From: Eledone cirrhosa
Taxonomy: Eukaryota
Length of the DNA stretch: 64,000 bases
Assembly: GCA_964016885.1 (NCBI GenBank)
Contig: OZ024742.1
Coordinates: 355,570,001-355,634,000 of the forward strand
Reading direction: 5' to 3'
A program made the position numbers and the translations under genes. This document shows positions 13,652-26,455 of this stretch, one piece after another. Below the pieces are notes generated by a model. It did no database searches and was not told the origin of the DNA. It saw only the letters and a program-made list of their open reading frames with translations. Each line of letters begins with the position of its first letter. Within the stretch, counting starts at the first letter, position 1.

Positions 13652-13892
13652 GACAAACGCTTTGAGACTTCCCTCGGGGAGACTGGCGAACCAAGTACTT
13701 AAATGGAGCCCGCAGGAAAGCAGACGGAGAGGGCGACTCAAAATGAACTGGCGCCAGACAGTTGAGTGGGGCCTGCGAGCGACAAACAGACAATGGCGGG
13801 ACGCTGTGCAACTGGCTGCTGACCGAACGCGATGGAACACTATGTTTGCCTCATGCGTCGCAAGACGCGAGAGCTTCTGAGTCTGAGTGAGA
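13652..13892 (+). mobile_element. 3' end of an RTE-like LINE
   Basis: RLPSGRLANQVLKWSPQESRRRGRLKMNWRQTVE...AADRTRW matches the RTE C-terminal pattern (W.P...R.RGRP...W ... A.DR..W). Short ctgagt repeat tail. Confidence 0.75.
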
Positions 13893-14180
13893 CAAACGAA
13901 CCACAGCGACAAGAAAAGATAACGGTTCTGGCAGTGGTTCGTTTGTCGACTCCATTTGCCTGCCTTTCCTTGTATGTAGTCCTAGATATCTGTATTACAT
14001 GCTTATCTCCTTTTTCCTATTTTTTCTTTTATTTTCTATTTTTCCTTTTACTTTTCTTTTTTTTTCATATTTGTAATATTGTTTATACAATTGTAAATAA
14101 AACGCTGGCATATATTTAAATAAAAGACTATACAGTTTATTTATATACATTGACAAACTGCTATAGGCACACACGCGCGC

Positions 14181-14464
14181 GATGTACTTTATATTTTCTT
14201 TTAACCCTCACAATAATATCTCTCACTATATTGACTTTAAAGCTGAATCCTGCATTCCCATTTATTAGAGAATTTCTACAACCATGAAATGTGTGTGTGT
14301 GTGAGTGTACGTGTGTGCGCGCGCGAACACATACATTCATACACACACACACAGATTTCAGGTTTGTAGAAATTCTCTAATAAATGGGAATGCAGGATTC
14401 AGCTTTAAAGTCAATATAGTGAGAAATATTATTGTGAGGGTTAGAAGAAAATATAAAGTACATC
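14181..14464. repeat. Inverted repeat with ~110-bp arms around a (GT)n/(CA)n spacer
   Basis: 14181-14290 is the near-perfect reverse complement of 14355-14464. Confidence 0.92.
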
Positions 14465-15779
14465 ATCGTAATTGTTTAGTTGCAGACGTATTTGCTGCTC
14501 TTCTGCTTGCGGAAACGTTATCTACTTTGTTATAACCATATATGGTCGCTTCGGGATTATTCTCCGGATACGTTTAATAAAAATGCTGGGTTTTTTGCTG
14601 CAATCACTAGAGTTTATAGTTACTGTGTATATAAAAAAATCAATAATGTCTGAATTATATATTAAAATATCAATCGATTTACTATTTCTCAACGGGAAAG
14701 TGAAGCATCACTGCAGATAGTTTCCGAAACTTTCCATCCACCTGAATTTATGCTATCTTTAAAGAAGATACCTGTAGGAGTTTGATTCGATATGAGATTA
14801 CAAACATATACAATATAGAGTAAACAAACAATAAATTAAGAAAGTTTTATTACGACGTGTCATTGATGTTCATATAGTCGCAATTTGGTTTTATTAGAAT
14901 ATATTTGTACGGCATATTTTCTAATAAATTCCAACAAATTTGCTATGACATTACATTTTATGCCTAATACACAGTGTCGCATTCAATGATTTCATTGGCG
15001 TAATAATATTCATTGTACCCGCTTGATTATATTTAAATAGATTGAAATTAACTCCTAACAATTGGGTTGTAGAAGTGTAAAAAGTTTAAGCGTAAATTTT
15101 GCTAAGGCTAATAAGATTTACCCCCACATACAATCTTTATCGCTCTCTTCTCTCTCGCTCTGTCGCCTCTATCTCCTTCTCTCTCTCTCTCCCTCTCTCG
15201 CACTCTTCTCTCGCGCTCTGTCTCATCGATATCCTTCTCTATCTCCCCCCCCTCTATATCTATCTTATAATAGTATATATGGTTTTGAACACGGTTTAAC
15301 ATAAAGCATGACGTGAATATATAGTGAAAATAAGATTCTGTGGGGGGAATTAGATATTTCGACATGAAAGATAAAAACCACATACAGTACATTAACTACT
15401 GAACCATTACAATTTTATTAATATGTATTTATCTTGTTTAATGAACGAATCATAATCATAATTCAGATGTATTCTCTTTCATTTGTACTGCGACTGGTTT
15501 GAAATGTTTTTCATAGACTATAATATTTAAATATAATTCATTGCTATATGGATATCTGTCTAAAAACGCAACACTGGTTAGAGCATGTTTCCCAATAATT
15601 CTTCTTAGATAATACGGTATCATGTTCTTCAGATCTATCCATATTTCAAATTTAATTATTAAATTAATAATGGATATATCTTTTTTCCAATAATTCAAGA
15701 AGAATTTCGCACTTTAATTTCACTTGGAAGTCAGTTATTTTGATAAGAGCAGTGTATTCTTTTAACTTGCCTACAATTT

Positions 15780-15894
15780 ACACACACATTTATACACATA
15801 TAAGCACACGCACCACACATACACGCACATGAATACACACAAACACACACACAGACACACACACATACACACACACACACTCACACACACACAC

Positions 15895-15981
<87 letters not shown>

Positions 15982-16034
15982 TATACACACACAAACACAC
16001 AACACACAAACACATACACACACACACATATATA
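15780..16034. repeat. Compound (CA)n/(TA)n microsatellite
   Basis: Direct inspection. Confidence 0.95.
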
Positions 16035-16239
16035 TAGTACTTGGTGTTACACATTTGGTGTGAATCTATATTCGGTTTCCCTGATAGGAAGGGTATAATA
16101 TTAAAATTAAGTTGGAACAAATTGTCAGAGTATCATCCTTAAGTTTAGTCATGTGTTGCACGCGTTCCGGTATTGACCAGCTCAAGTTTTAATCTGTATC
16201 GATGTGGGTTGACACTAATCAAAATTATATATATTTACT

Positions 16240-16380
16240 CAGCGTGGCTGAGTGGTAAGAAAATTGGATTCACAATCGTGAGGTTGTAACTTCGATTCCT
16301 CGACCGGGCAATTCGTTATGTCTTTCAGCAAGACACTTTATTTCATATTGCTCCTTCTACCTGGAGTTGCAACCGATAGA
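16240..16380 (+). mobile_element. tRNA-derived SINE, family 2 (CORE-like)
   Basis: gcgtggctgagtggtaag A box, ttcgattcc B box, gtctttcagcaagacacttta CORE-like motif. Confidence 0.7.
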
Positions 16381-16477
16381 AAGTATTGGCAATTGGAAAG
16401 ACCAACCGAAACATTTTTTCCTCGGTCCAATTTGACGAAAGTCGATCGACTGTATATATATATATATATATATATGC

Positions 16478-16680
16478 TTAAAAATAGGATTAAGAATAAG
16501 AAGACAGTAAGATCGGTTGCGGGGGGGAGTTTTCCTCATCAGTGGGCTACTGGTGGTTTCGAATAGTTCAATGCTTTAAAGATAATATATAGCGTTGAAA
16601 TATCCGAGACCCCCAGTAGACAAATGATGACCAACCCCCTCCGTTCTTGCTTTCTTTTTATTCTTATTCCTATTTTTAAG
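16478..16680. repeat. Diverged foldback element next to (TA)n
   Basis: ttaaaaataggattaagaataag pairs with tttattcttattcctatttttaa, and tcatcagtgggctactgg...ttcaatgct pairs with agcgttgaa...ccagtagacaaatgatga. Confidence 0.75.
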
Positions 16681-16744
16681 GCTACCTTAACTAGCAACTA
16701 CACAGCCACCCTATTCTCCATATATATATATAAATGTGTGTGGT

Positions 16745-16784
<40 letters not shown>

Positions 16785-16999
16785 TGTGTGTGTATGTGTA
16801 TGTGTGTGTGTGTATGTGTGTGTGCGTGTATGTGTGTGTGTGCGTGTGCGCGTGTGTAAATATATGTAGTTTTGATTAGTGTCGAGCCAGATCGATACAG
16901 ATTAATACTTGAGCTGATCAAAACCGAAACATGCGTTATACATGGCTAAACTTAAGGATGATACTCTGACAACTTAATTTTAATATTATACTCTGAATA

Positions 17000-19280
17000 C
17001 ACTGGTCAACAAGTATTTTTCATCAAGCATATGTCAAGGTGTGCTTAGTGTACTTTTTAATGCTGATTTCAAATATACAATTAGTTTTTTGACATCACGT
17101 ACAGTTTTCAAGATGAGAAAGTTTTTTGGTTCTAGCTCAGGCATTATATAGAAATTCCAATTAATGACGTGTATGCATGTATTTCATTTACATCATGGAA
17201 ACATACCAGTTAAATTGAAATAAATTACTTTATTCATTGCTGCATAGTTCAGATGCAATATTTCATCATCTTAAATAACCAATCAAGTTTTTTTCTGATG
17301 AAATAGTTATTTCAACATCTCAAATTGTCCAGTCATATTTGGTCTGATGAAATATTTCAATATAATTATAACCGTTTGTATCTATTTCTTTACTTGTTTT
17401 ACAGTGTTAACAATGTCAAAACAGTGTAGAAATCGAGTTGATGTGTTTTGTTATGTCTGTGGACAATTTATGGTGAAAGCTCACAAATGTACAACACCAG
17501 AGGTCAAGAAGATGTATAGCTATCCTCTTTATAAGCTGTCCTCTTGGAGATCAGGACAAGTTATGGGCACCACATTTTATCTGCTCAGCTTGCTCAAATG
17601 GCTTACGTGACTGGTTCAACAAGAAGAAGTCCATGCATTTTGCCATTCCAATTATTTAGAGGGAGCCGAAAACAAATTATTTTCATGGCTGTTACTTTTG
17701 CAAAGTAGATGTCACAGTATTTTCTATGAAGAATAAACAAAAAATGTTGTATCCCAATTAGTATTCTGCAATGAGACATGTGCCTCACAATGGAAGTCTG
17801 CCAATTCCAGTTCGACCAAATGATGGTATTGAAACATCAGATGATGATGCTGACTATCACGGTAGTGCTGCTGAGGAAGATTACGTGGCTGATGAGGATA
17901 GCTTTTAACTCAAATATGTTCCCAAGCTGAACTGAATGACCTTGTCAGAGACCTATCCCTCTCAAAAGATAAAGCAGAACTGTTGCCACCAAGACCGAAT
18001 CAGCAGTATCTGCTATAGCACGGTGTTTGTTTAACTACAAACGTGTTTTCCTCTTGAAAGCCCGCTTTGCTTTTGCAGTAACGTTGATGAAATATTCGAA
18101 TGTTTATCACAAAATCCTGATCCTGCAGAGTGGCGTTTGTTTATTGACTCTTCAAGACGAGGTGTATAAGATGTACTTCTTTATAATGGTAATTTGAAGC
18201 CCTCCATTCCTTTTGCACACTCCGTTCATCTTCATGAATCTTATGAGAACATGGAACTTTTACTTCATGCCATTGCCTAGTAAAGATACTCATGGAAAAT
18301 ATGTGGAGATTTAAAAATCATTGGAATGTTAATGGGAATGCAGTCAGGGTTCACAAAATACTGTTGTTTCTTGTGTCTATGAGATAGTCGGGCAACTGAC
18401 AGACATTATTCGGAACCAAACTAGCAGACATGAACATCATACCAGCCAGGACTGTCTTGCGTCAACAATGCACCTCTTGTAGATCCATGTAATGTCTTAT
18501 TGCCTCCTTTGCATATAAAGCTTGGACTGATGAAACAGTTTGTAAATACACTAGGGAAAAGAAATGCCAGAGGGTTTGAGTATATTGTAGAAAAGTTTCC
18601 CAAAATCTCACAGGCGAATTTGAAAGAGAGTATCTTTGTCGGACCCCAAGTTAGAGAAGTACTCAAAGATGTAAACTTCAAGACTACACTGGATGAACTG
18701 GAACTGCCTACCTGGAATGCTTTCAATTATATCTGTGAGAATTTCTTGGAAAACAAGAAGGCAATGAACTACAAGGATGGCATCAATAATCTTCTGAAAT
18801 GTTACTCAGCAATGGGTTGTCGCATGTCAATGAAAGTTCACTTCTTGGACTTCCATCGGGATTTCTACGCAGAGTACCTTTGGAGAAACTGTCGCAAGGC
18901 TTCAGGAATGAGAGTATGCTGGCTGACTACTGCTGACCACTTTACTGTGATCAACCAGATCAGGAATACCGCAGGAAATCCAAATCCCATTGTTTTGTAA
19001 CTTTATTATTCTAACTTTGTCTGTTTTGTCTGACGCATTTTTGTGTATTCACTCCTTGTAGAATGATAGTGATGATTTTTAACTCAATAAACTCACCTTA
19101 TTTATTAAGTTAATGATTTCATATATACAAATATGTAAATATATTCATGTATCTATTGAAAGACTGATGCGTGCTGCATACAAATAGAATGAAATTTTGA
19201 AATCAGCATGAAATATTAGTCTAAACAAATTTGGTTTGCATTCATAATGAGTATAATACATTCAATTTTGTTGACCAGTG
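17000..19280 (+). mobile_element. Chapaev3-like (CMC superfamily) DNA transposon, decayed
   Basis: 13-bp TIRs cactggtcaacaa (17000-17012) and ttgttgaccagtg (19268-19280), with a 3-bp ATA TSD. Transposase remnants CRNRVDVFCYVCGQF, GDQDK.WAPH, WRLFIDSS, ICGDLK, CFLCL and LPPLHIKLGLMKQFV. Confidence 0.88.
17413..18960 (+). pseudogene. Chapaev3-type transposase pseudogene
   Basis: Conserved motifs scattered over frames with stops and frameshifts. The longest piece is 18500-19000. Confidence 0.85.
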
Positions 19281-19545
19281 ATATCAGGGAAACCAAATAT
19301 AGTTTAACACCAAATTTGTAACACCAAGTACTAGAGTTAAAGGACCCAGCTACACATCGAATGCTTAAGCTTGTGAACCAACTGTAAAATAAAGTATATA
19401 TATATATATATATGTTTATATATTATAAAGAGTCGGGACCCGGCGGCTGAGATCATTCCGTTTATATAACCATACATTGTACTAAGTAGCGAGTTCTCTG
19501 TTAAGTAATCGTCTAACCAGTTTCAAATATATATATATATATATA

Positions 19546-19951
19546 TATATATTGGTAAACGGAATAGAAAATGCTGACAAATTGTTCACAGTTGAAAAAT
19601 GGTTTAATTAGGAATAAAAGAGTATTAGTGATTGTATGGGTTAGTATTCAGTTGTGGTTTTAAGTTTTTAAGTTTTTACCGGTTGCGCATTTCTAAATGC
19701 TTCTCAAAAATAATTCCGAGATAGAGTGTCCGTGCTGTTTGCTCTGATCTCAGAGCAAACAGCACGGACACTCTATCTCGGAATTATTTTTGAGAAGCAT
19801 TTAGAAATGCGCAACCGGTAAAAACTTAAAAACTTAAAACCACAACTGAATACTAACCCATACAATCACTAATACTCTTTTATTCCTAATTAAACCATTT
19901 TTCAACTGTGAACAATTTGTCAGCATTTTCTATTCCGTTTACCAATATATA
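19546..19951. repeat. Perfect ~400-bp palindrome between (TA)n tracts (Penelope-like inverted terminal structure)
   Basis: 19551-19747 is the reverse complement of 19750-19946 with a 2-nt spacer. No mismatch was seen. Confidence 0.95.
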
Positions 19952-19980
19952 ATAACTTGTGTGTTTCACCTCTATTCTGT

Positions 19981-20010
<30 letters not shown>

Positions 20011-20015
<5 letters not shown>

Positions 20016-20193
20016 TTCTACAGGACTAGAACTGTTTCATTCTTTAGAAATCATCAGGAATATCTGATGATTTCTAATGAATGAGACAGTTCTACTCCTG
20101 TAGAATCACATCTATATTAAAAATGTTATACTTTGCTATGTATTGAGTACCTTACTTACTGTGGTTACCTCCGATTCAACCCGGAATAATTTA

Positions 20194-20195
<2 letters not shown>
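20011..20195 (+). mobile_element. Small foldback element with hammerhead-like core, flanked by (TA)n
   Basis: Palindrome 20011-20110 centred on catcag-gaatat-ctgatga, plus an ~85-nt extension. A reverse-oriented relative lies at ~30150-30340. Confidence 0.8.
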
Positions 20196-20246
<51 letters not shown>

Positions 20247-20375
20247 AAAGAGGGAGAGAGAAGCGAGAGAGAAGGATATATAGGAGACAGAGCGAGAGAT
20301 AGGGTATGGTAAAATCCAGTTAGACCATAACCCACCAGAGTATTCGATAATTTGGGTAGTAGAGTGGGTAATAAG

Positions 20376-20491
20376 AAAAGAGTCAGGACCCTGACGACTG
20401 AGCTCCGGCCGTTTCGACAGCTAGATTTGAACTCAGTTCGAATCTAGCTGTCGAACTGTCGGAGCTCAGCCGTCGCGGTCCTGAATCTTTT
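20376..20491. repeat. ~115-nt hairpin
   Basis: aaaagagtcaggacc...agctagatttgaac-tca-gttcgaatctagct...ggtcctgaatctttt. The left end resembles 19428-19460. Confidence 0.85.
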
Positions 20492-21547
20492 CGTATGTGT
20501 ATATTACCCCTGTATTTTATTTACTTTATACTTAACTTTATACTTAAAGCGGAGATTCATTCGGTTTCCTTATTAGAATTTTAGTCTAAGACTTCAGTTA
20601 TACCATTTACGCGGTTTTGTCTTTGCGTGCAATAGTCTCCCCGGTCCACATAATGACGTATTTTCTTCGTTTTTTCCGTTCATTGCCATAGAACGTCTCT
20701 ATGAACCACCTAATAGAATATTAGTCTACGACTTCTTTCATACAATAAACGTGGTTTTGTCTTTGCGTGTAATTGTTTTTCTTCGCACCAAATAATGACG
20801 TATTATCTTCGTTGTTTCCTGTTCTTTGCCAGGGAACGTCTCCACGAACCAAAGTATCGTCTTTCTGTCTTCCTCCGGCTGCAACGCTTTTTGAAATATT
20901 TACTTCTGCGTTCACAGATTGACGTTTTTAGTTTCAGAAGATCCCGTTAAGGGTGAAAGCAGCGATTCTTTGCTTAAAATGTAATCTGTTATTTTAATAA
21001 ATTAATATATATATATATATATATATTTGAGAAAAAGGAAAATAATGACTTCACTTGTACTGTTAAAAAATTGTTGATTTAATGTTATAATATTATAATA
21101 TTATGAGTTTTCTAACGTTTAACTTTTATTTCAAATAATTCCTTTCAAGCATTTGTTGAAATACTATTAACGCAACTCGTTGAAAATGTATATAACGGCT
21201 TGCTTTTTCCTACAAATATATTTCCAATAGTTTTATCACCATAAATATGTTGCAATTTATAAATGGTAATTAGGAAAGGCATCTCAAATAATGGCTAGAT
21301 ATTTTTCAAAGTGAAATTTCTTTTTTTATATAACAGATGATACTTAGGAGCGTTATATTTATATTGTTATACTTGGAGAGGGTCATATAGTTATAATTTT
21401 GCCAGAAATAATAACAGAACGCACTCACTGTTTGGTTTTGGTTTGTTTTCGCTTATGTATCTTCTATATCACCATAGTTGTTTTATTTGGCAATCAATGT
21501 TTACCATTGATTGACCAACGGTTAAAAATGCATATATATCTATGCAT

Positions 21548-23127
21548 TGAAATCACACCTGCTTTCCAGCTCATATAAACTTACACACTTTCAGATACTT
21601 ATCCTCCATAAGCTCTTATTCTTCACTTATATTATTCTCTTTAGGACTACCTTTTCTGATTTACTTTCATTTTTAACCTTATTATTAATTTTTTTTTATT
21701 ATTATTATTATTTTTTTTTATTTTTTTATTTTATTTTTTTTTTTTTTAATTTTTTTTTTTACTTCACATCCACCACTACCCCCCCCCCCTTTTATTCTCC
21801 GATTCACTTACCTAATATCTTCACTTTCCACCTTTTACTTCCCTATTTTCTTCACTACCTGATTAAATAGATCACTTGCGTTTTCCACCCCAGATATTTT
21901 CTGTTATTTCGCAGCCAATTTTATATTTTTATATTTGTACTCACTTATTCAGAAGGCTGTGTTTACACCCTGTATCTATGTGTCTGAGCGTCTTTATGTG
22001 TGTATACTTTCTGTATATGTACACGAACGCCTCCGTATGGGCGCGCGCGTGCGTGTATATATATATATATGTGTATGTATGTGTGTTTTTATATCTGTGT
22101 TTTTACATCTATGTTTTTTTTACATTGTTATTTTATGTGTGTGCATGTAAGCGGGTCAACGTGCGCGAGTGTATGTATGTGTGTGTGTGTACGTACTGAA
22201 TGTATGGATGTGTATGTGTGCGTATGTATATATGTATGTATATATTTATGTGTGTGTATGTGTGTGCGTGTATACAGTCGCGTACGTACGCGTGATTAGA
22301 TATACATGGGGTGATGTGTATGTATATATATATGTGAATCCTGTGTGTGTATGTACGCTTGCATACGCTATTGTCTGCACGTATTGCGTGTATATATATT
22401 TTTTTATAGATATATGTTTCTTATAGATATATGTGTGTATGTACACGTGTACCTTGTTTGTTTTCTTTTCTTTACTTTGCATTTTTTTCTTTCTAAATTA
22501 TTGTTCCATTTTTATGAATATATCGAGAATGATACTTTCTTTTTACTATTACACTCCCTTACCTCTTTTTCTTCCGCAGATAAGTGTACGCGCGCGTGTG
22601 TATGTGTTTATACGCGTGACTTCATATTCTTATAATGTATCTAATACCCTGTTTTTCTGTATACCTGTCAACCAAACACTCACATCATGTCTGTGTCTGT
22701 GGTTACACATACACAGATATACTTGCCCTCATACATATATTTACGCACACATTTTCACTATACACACATTTGTACATACATACATATGTACATCTGTGAG
22801 TGTATATACATGCATATACACACACCTGACTATATTTCTTAATCGATTTTTTAATATATTTTATATGTCTATTGTATTACCTTTATCTATATATATATAA
22901 TTTTTTTGGCATTTCTTGAGGAGACTTTCCAAATATTTCACTATGTTTTATATTGCCTCGTCCGACGAACGAATGAAGACGTTTCTTTTGTATTCGTCTT
23001 ATTCGGGAAACCTCTGGTAATGAGGTAATTATATTGTATTGTTTTTTATACATTACATTTTGCTCTGGTACTTAAATAGAGCACTCTTCACTCCTATGAC
23101 TTTTTTCTATTTTCAACGGAAACTTCA
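21548..23127 (+). mobile_element. Penelope-like element 3' remnant/pLTR, copy 1
   Basis: Colinear with 23464-25077 from gaaatcacacctgctttccagc to ttcaacggaaa.ttcaa. Contains a hammerhead and is bounded by TA/CA repeats. Confidence 0.8.
22952..23029 (+). ncRNA. Type I hammerhead ribozyme (core variant CCGACGA)
   Basis: Stem I attgcctcgt/atgaggtaat, core CCGACGA 22962-22968, long stem II cgaatgaagacg/cgtcttattcg, GAAA 23007-23010, stem III cc-tct-gg, GUA triplet. Confidence 0.75.
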
Positions 23128-23129
23128 AG

Positions 23130-23197
<68 letters not shown>

Positions 23198-23304
23198 CCT
23201 ATGAAAGTTCTTACGTCACAGATCTGCGACATCATCAGTGGTACAATTATGTTTCTTCCCATTGTATTGTAAAGTTTACGCGATTTATACATATACATAT
23301 ATCC

Positions 23305-24073
23305 AATATAGATTAGATTGGTCAATTTTGAACCAATCTAAAGAATATTCCAGAGGAACAAGAAAATGCACGCTCTGCATAAATGAAAAATATTGGATAT
23401 TGCAAAATCTAAAATCACCAAAGACCTGCCTGAACACAAAGACGGAAATTTTCTCCCACACATGAAATCACACCTGCTTTCCAGCTCATATAAACTTAAC
23501 ACACTTTCAGATAATTATCCTCCATAAACTCTTATTATTCTCTTTTTAATTACCCTTTCTGACTTACTTTCATCATTATTTACCCTTGTCATTAATTTCA
23601 TTTATTTTTATTTTATTTATTTATTTATTTTTTTTATTTTTCTTTATTTATTTATTTTTTTATTTTTATTTATTTTTATTTTTATTTTTATTTTTATTTT
23701 TATTTTTATTTTTATTTTTATTTTTATTTTTATTTTTATTTTTATTTTTATTTTTATTTTTATTTTTACTTCACATCCACCAATAACCCCCCCCTTTATT
23801 CTCCGATTAACTTTCCATTTTTTACTTCCCCTTTTTTTACTTCCCTTTTTCCTTCACTAACTGCTTATAATGTCATTTGTGTTTTCCAAGCAAGATATAT
23901 TTTTCATTTTTATTTTTATTTTTTTTATTTTTGCGCAGCCAATCTTACAATTTTATATTTGTACTTACTTATCCACAAGTTTTTTACACCCTGTATCAAT
24001 ATGGCTGAACGCCTTAATGTGTGTATACTTTCTATATATGTACATGAGCAACTACGTATGTGCGCGCGCGTGC

Positions 24074-24133
<60 letters not shown>

Positions 24134-25077
24134 GTGTGTGTATGTATATGTGTATGCGTACGTGTATGTGTCTTTATATCCGTGTTTTGACATCTAGGTT
24201 TTATATTTTGTTCCTTTTTTCTCCCCCCCCCTTTTTTTACTTGCTCATTTTTATGCGTGTGCATGCAAACAGGTCAATATGCGTGAGTGTAAGTATGTGT
24301 GTGTGTGTGTACGTATCGAACGTATGGATGTGTAAGTGTGCGTGTGTATATAAGCATGTATATTTTTTGGTTTCTTTTGTGAGATATCCGTGTCTGTGTA
24401 TGTATGTACCCTTTTTTGTCTTATTTTCTTTCATTTTTTTTTTTTCTTTCTAAATTTTTTCTTTCTAAATTTTTTCTTTCTAAATTTTTTCTTTCTAAAT
24501 TATTGTTCCATTTTTATAAATATATCGAGATTGATACTTTCCTTTAATTATTACACTCCCTTACCTCTTTTACTTCCCCATCTAAGTGTACGTGTGTGTA
24601 GGTATGTTTATGCGCGCGCCTTCATATTCATATTGTTATGATGTATCTCTTCTGCCTGTAGATTACAGACATACAGATACATTTGCCCTAAATTTTATAT
24701 TTACGCACACTTTTTCCCTATACGTATACATATGTGCATACACATATATGCACATCTGTGAGCGTATATACATACATATACACACACCTAACTATATTTC
24801 TTGAAAGATTATTATATATTTCATATTCTAATTGATTTGTCTGTATCTTTTTTTTTGATTTTTCTTGACAAGACTTTCCAAGTATTTACCCATGTTTTAT
24901 ATTGCCTCGTCTGACGAACGAATGAAGACGCTTCTTTCGTATTCGCCTCATTCGGGAAACCTCTGGTAATGAGGTAATTATATTGTATTGATTTTTATAC
25001 ATTAAATTTTGCTCTGATACTTACATAGAGCACTCTTCACTTCTATGTCCTTTTCTGTTTTCAACGGAAATTTCAAT
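23305..25077 (+). mobile_element. 5'-truncated Penelope-like element, copy 2, with GIY-YIG C-terminal remnant
   Basis: RLDWSILNQSKEYSRGTRKCTLCINEKYWIL...CLNTKTEIFS matches the W.IL...Y....C.LC..EK..I...LN.R.E end of PLE GIY-YIG endonucleases. It is followed by the repeat unit and a hammerhead. Confidence 0.8.
24901..24978 (+). ncRNA. Type I hammerhead ribozyme, intact core
   Basis: 10-bp stem I (24901-24910/24969-24978, two G-U pairs), CUGACGA 24911-24917, stem II, GAAA 24956-24959, stem III A-U/C-G/C-G with a UCU loop. Predicted cleavage after GUA at 24968. Confidence 0.85.
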
Positions 25078-25078
25078 G

Positions 25079-25127
<49 letters not shown>

Positions 25128-25169
25128 TGGGATACCTATAACGATAATTTGTTAAACACACACACACAC

Positions 25170-25252
<83 letters not shown>

Positions 25253-25525
25253 CAAAGAGAGAGAAAAGAATGTAATGAAATTTCATTTCTCACTCTTAGT
25301 ACGGCTGATATTCAAATATAAGTATGTATACGTACATACATGTATGTATACAGACGTACAGTAGTGTGTATATATATATGTATACATGCACATATATATA
25401 TATGTACGTATGGGTTTATCGAACATTTATTAATATGTTCGGTTTGTTTGTAAACAAACAGCACGAATTAAGCCGTATAGTGTTCGGCAAACAGTGTTCC
25501 CCTTTTGATCAACATTGACAAGGGA

Positions 25526-25568
25526 ACGATGAACTAGTTTCAAGCTTATTAGCTATCGTCAGCAACGT
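25526..25568 (-). ncRNA. Type I hammerhead ribozyme (inverted monomer)
   Basis: Minus strand reads acgttg CUGACGA u-agcu-aaua-agcu-u GAAA cuag UU caucgu. Confidence 0.82.
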
Positions 25569-25852
25569 ATACCTTCCTGTCAAATGATTGAACTTTTGAA
25601 AGTATATACTTTCCTCGTGCATATTGTCGGCTGAGCAGCCTAATTTGCATATCGAGTGAGTTAGTCGGCCGGGCGTACCGAAAACGATAAATGGAAAAGA
25701 ATGAAAAGAATGAATTGAAATAATTCGGGCTGTTTGTTTACAAACAAACCGTACATTATAATAAATGTTTGGTTAACCTATACGTACATATTTATATATA
25801 TATATATATATATGTGTGCATGTATGTATATATATATACATACTACTGTATG

Positions 25853-25906
<54 letters not shown>

Positions 25907-26099
25907 CGTATGCATACTTATATTTAAGTATCAGCCGTACTAAGTGAGAAATGACATTTAATTTCATTATTTTCCATTTATCGTTTTCGGTACGCCCGGC
26001 CGACTAACCCACTCGATATGCAAATTAGGCTGCTCAGCCGTTAATATGCATAAGGAAAGTATATACTTTGAAACGTTCAATCATCTGACAGGAAGGTAT

Positions 26100-26142
26100 A
26101 CAGTGCTGACGATAGCTAATAAGCTTGAAACTAATTCATCGT
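26100..26142 (+). ncRNA. Hammerhead ribozyme with a stem III point mutation
   Basis: acagtg CUGACGA(26106-26112) tagctaataagctt GAAA(26127-26130) ctaatt catcgt. Confidence 0.65.
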
Positions 26143-26412
26143 TCCTTTGTCAGTGTTGAACAAAATGTGACGATGTTTGCCGAACACTGTACGGCTTAAT
26201 TCAGGTTGTTTGTTTACAAACAAACCGAACATTATAATAAATGTTCGGTAAACCCATACGTACATATATATATATATATGTTTGCATGTATGTATACATA
26301 TACATACTACTGTATGTCTGAATATATATACGTATGTATGTATTCATACTTATATTTAAGTATGTATACGTATGTATGTGCATGTATGTATATATATACA
26401 TACTACTGTATG

Positions 26413-26455
<43 letters not shown>

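Larger units (their letters stand above)
16035..19333. repeat. Old inverted repeat (left arm 16035-16235; right arm 16858-16999 plus 19281-19333) split by the Chapaev insertion
   Basis: tagtacttggtgttac...gacactaatcaaaa pairs with ttttgattagtgtc...gtaacaccaagtacta once 17000-19283 is removed. Confidence 0.85.

Noticed and set aside
23450-23475. In-frame TGA at the end of the GIY-YIG remnant as possible selenocysteine (reported for some Naiad PLEs)
   Set aside because: Better explained by a small deletion. The adjacent frame continues PHMKSHLLSSSYKL, so the TGA is a frameshift by-product.
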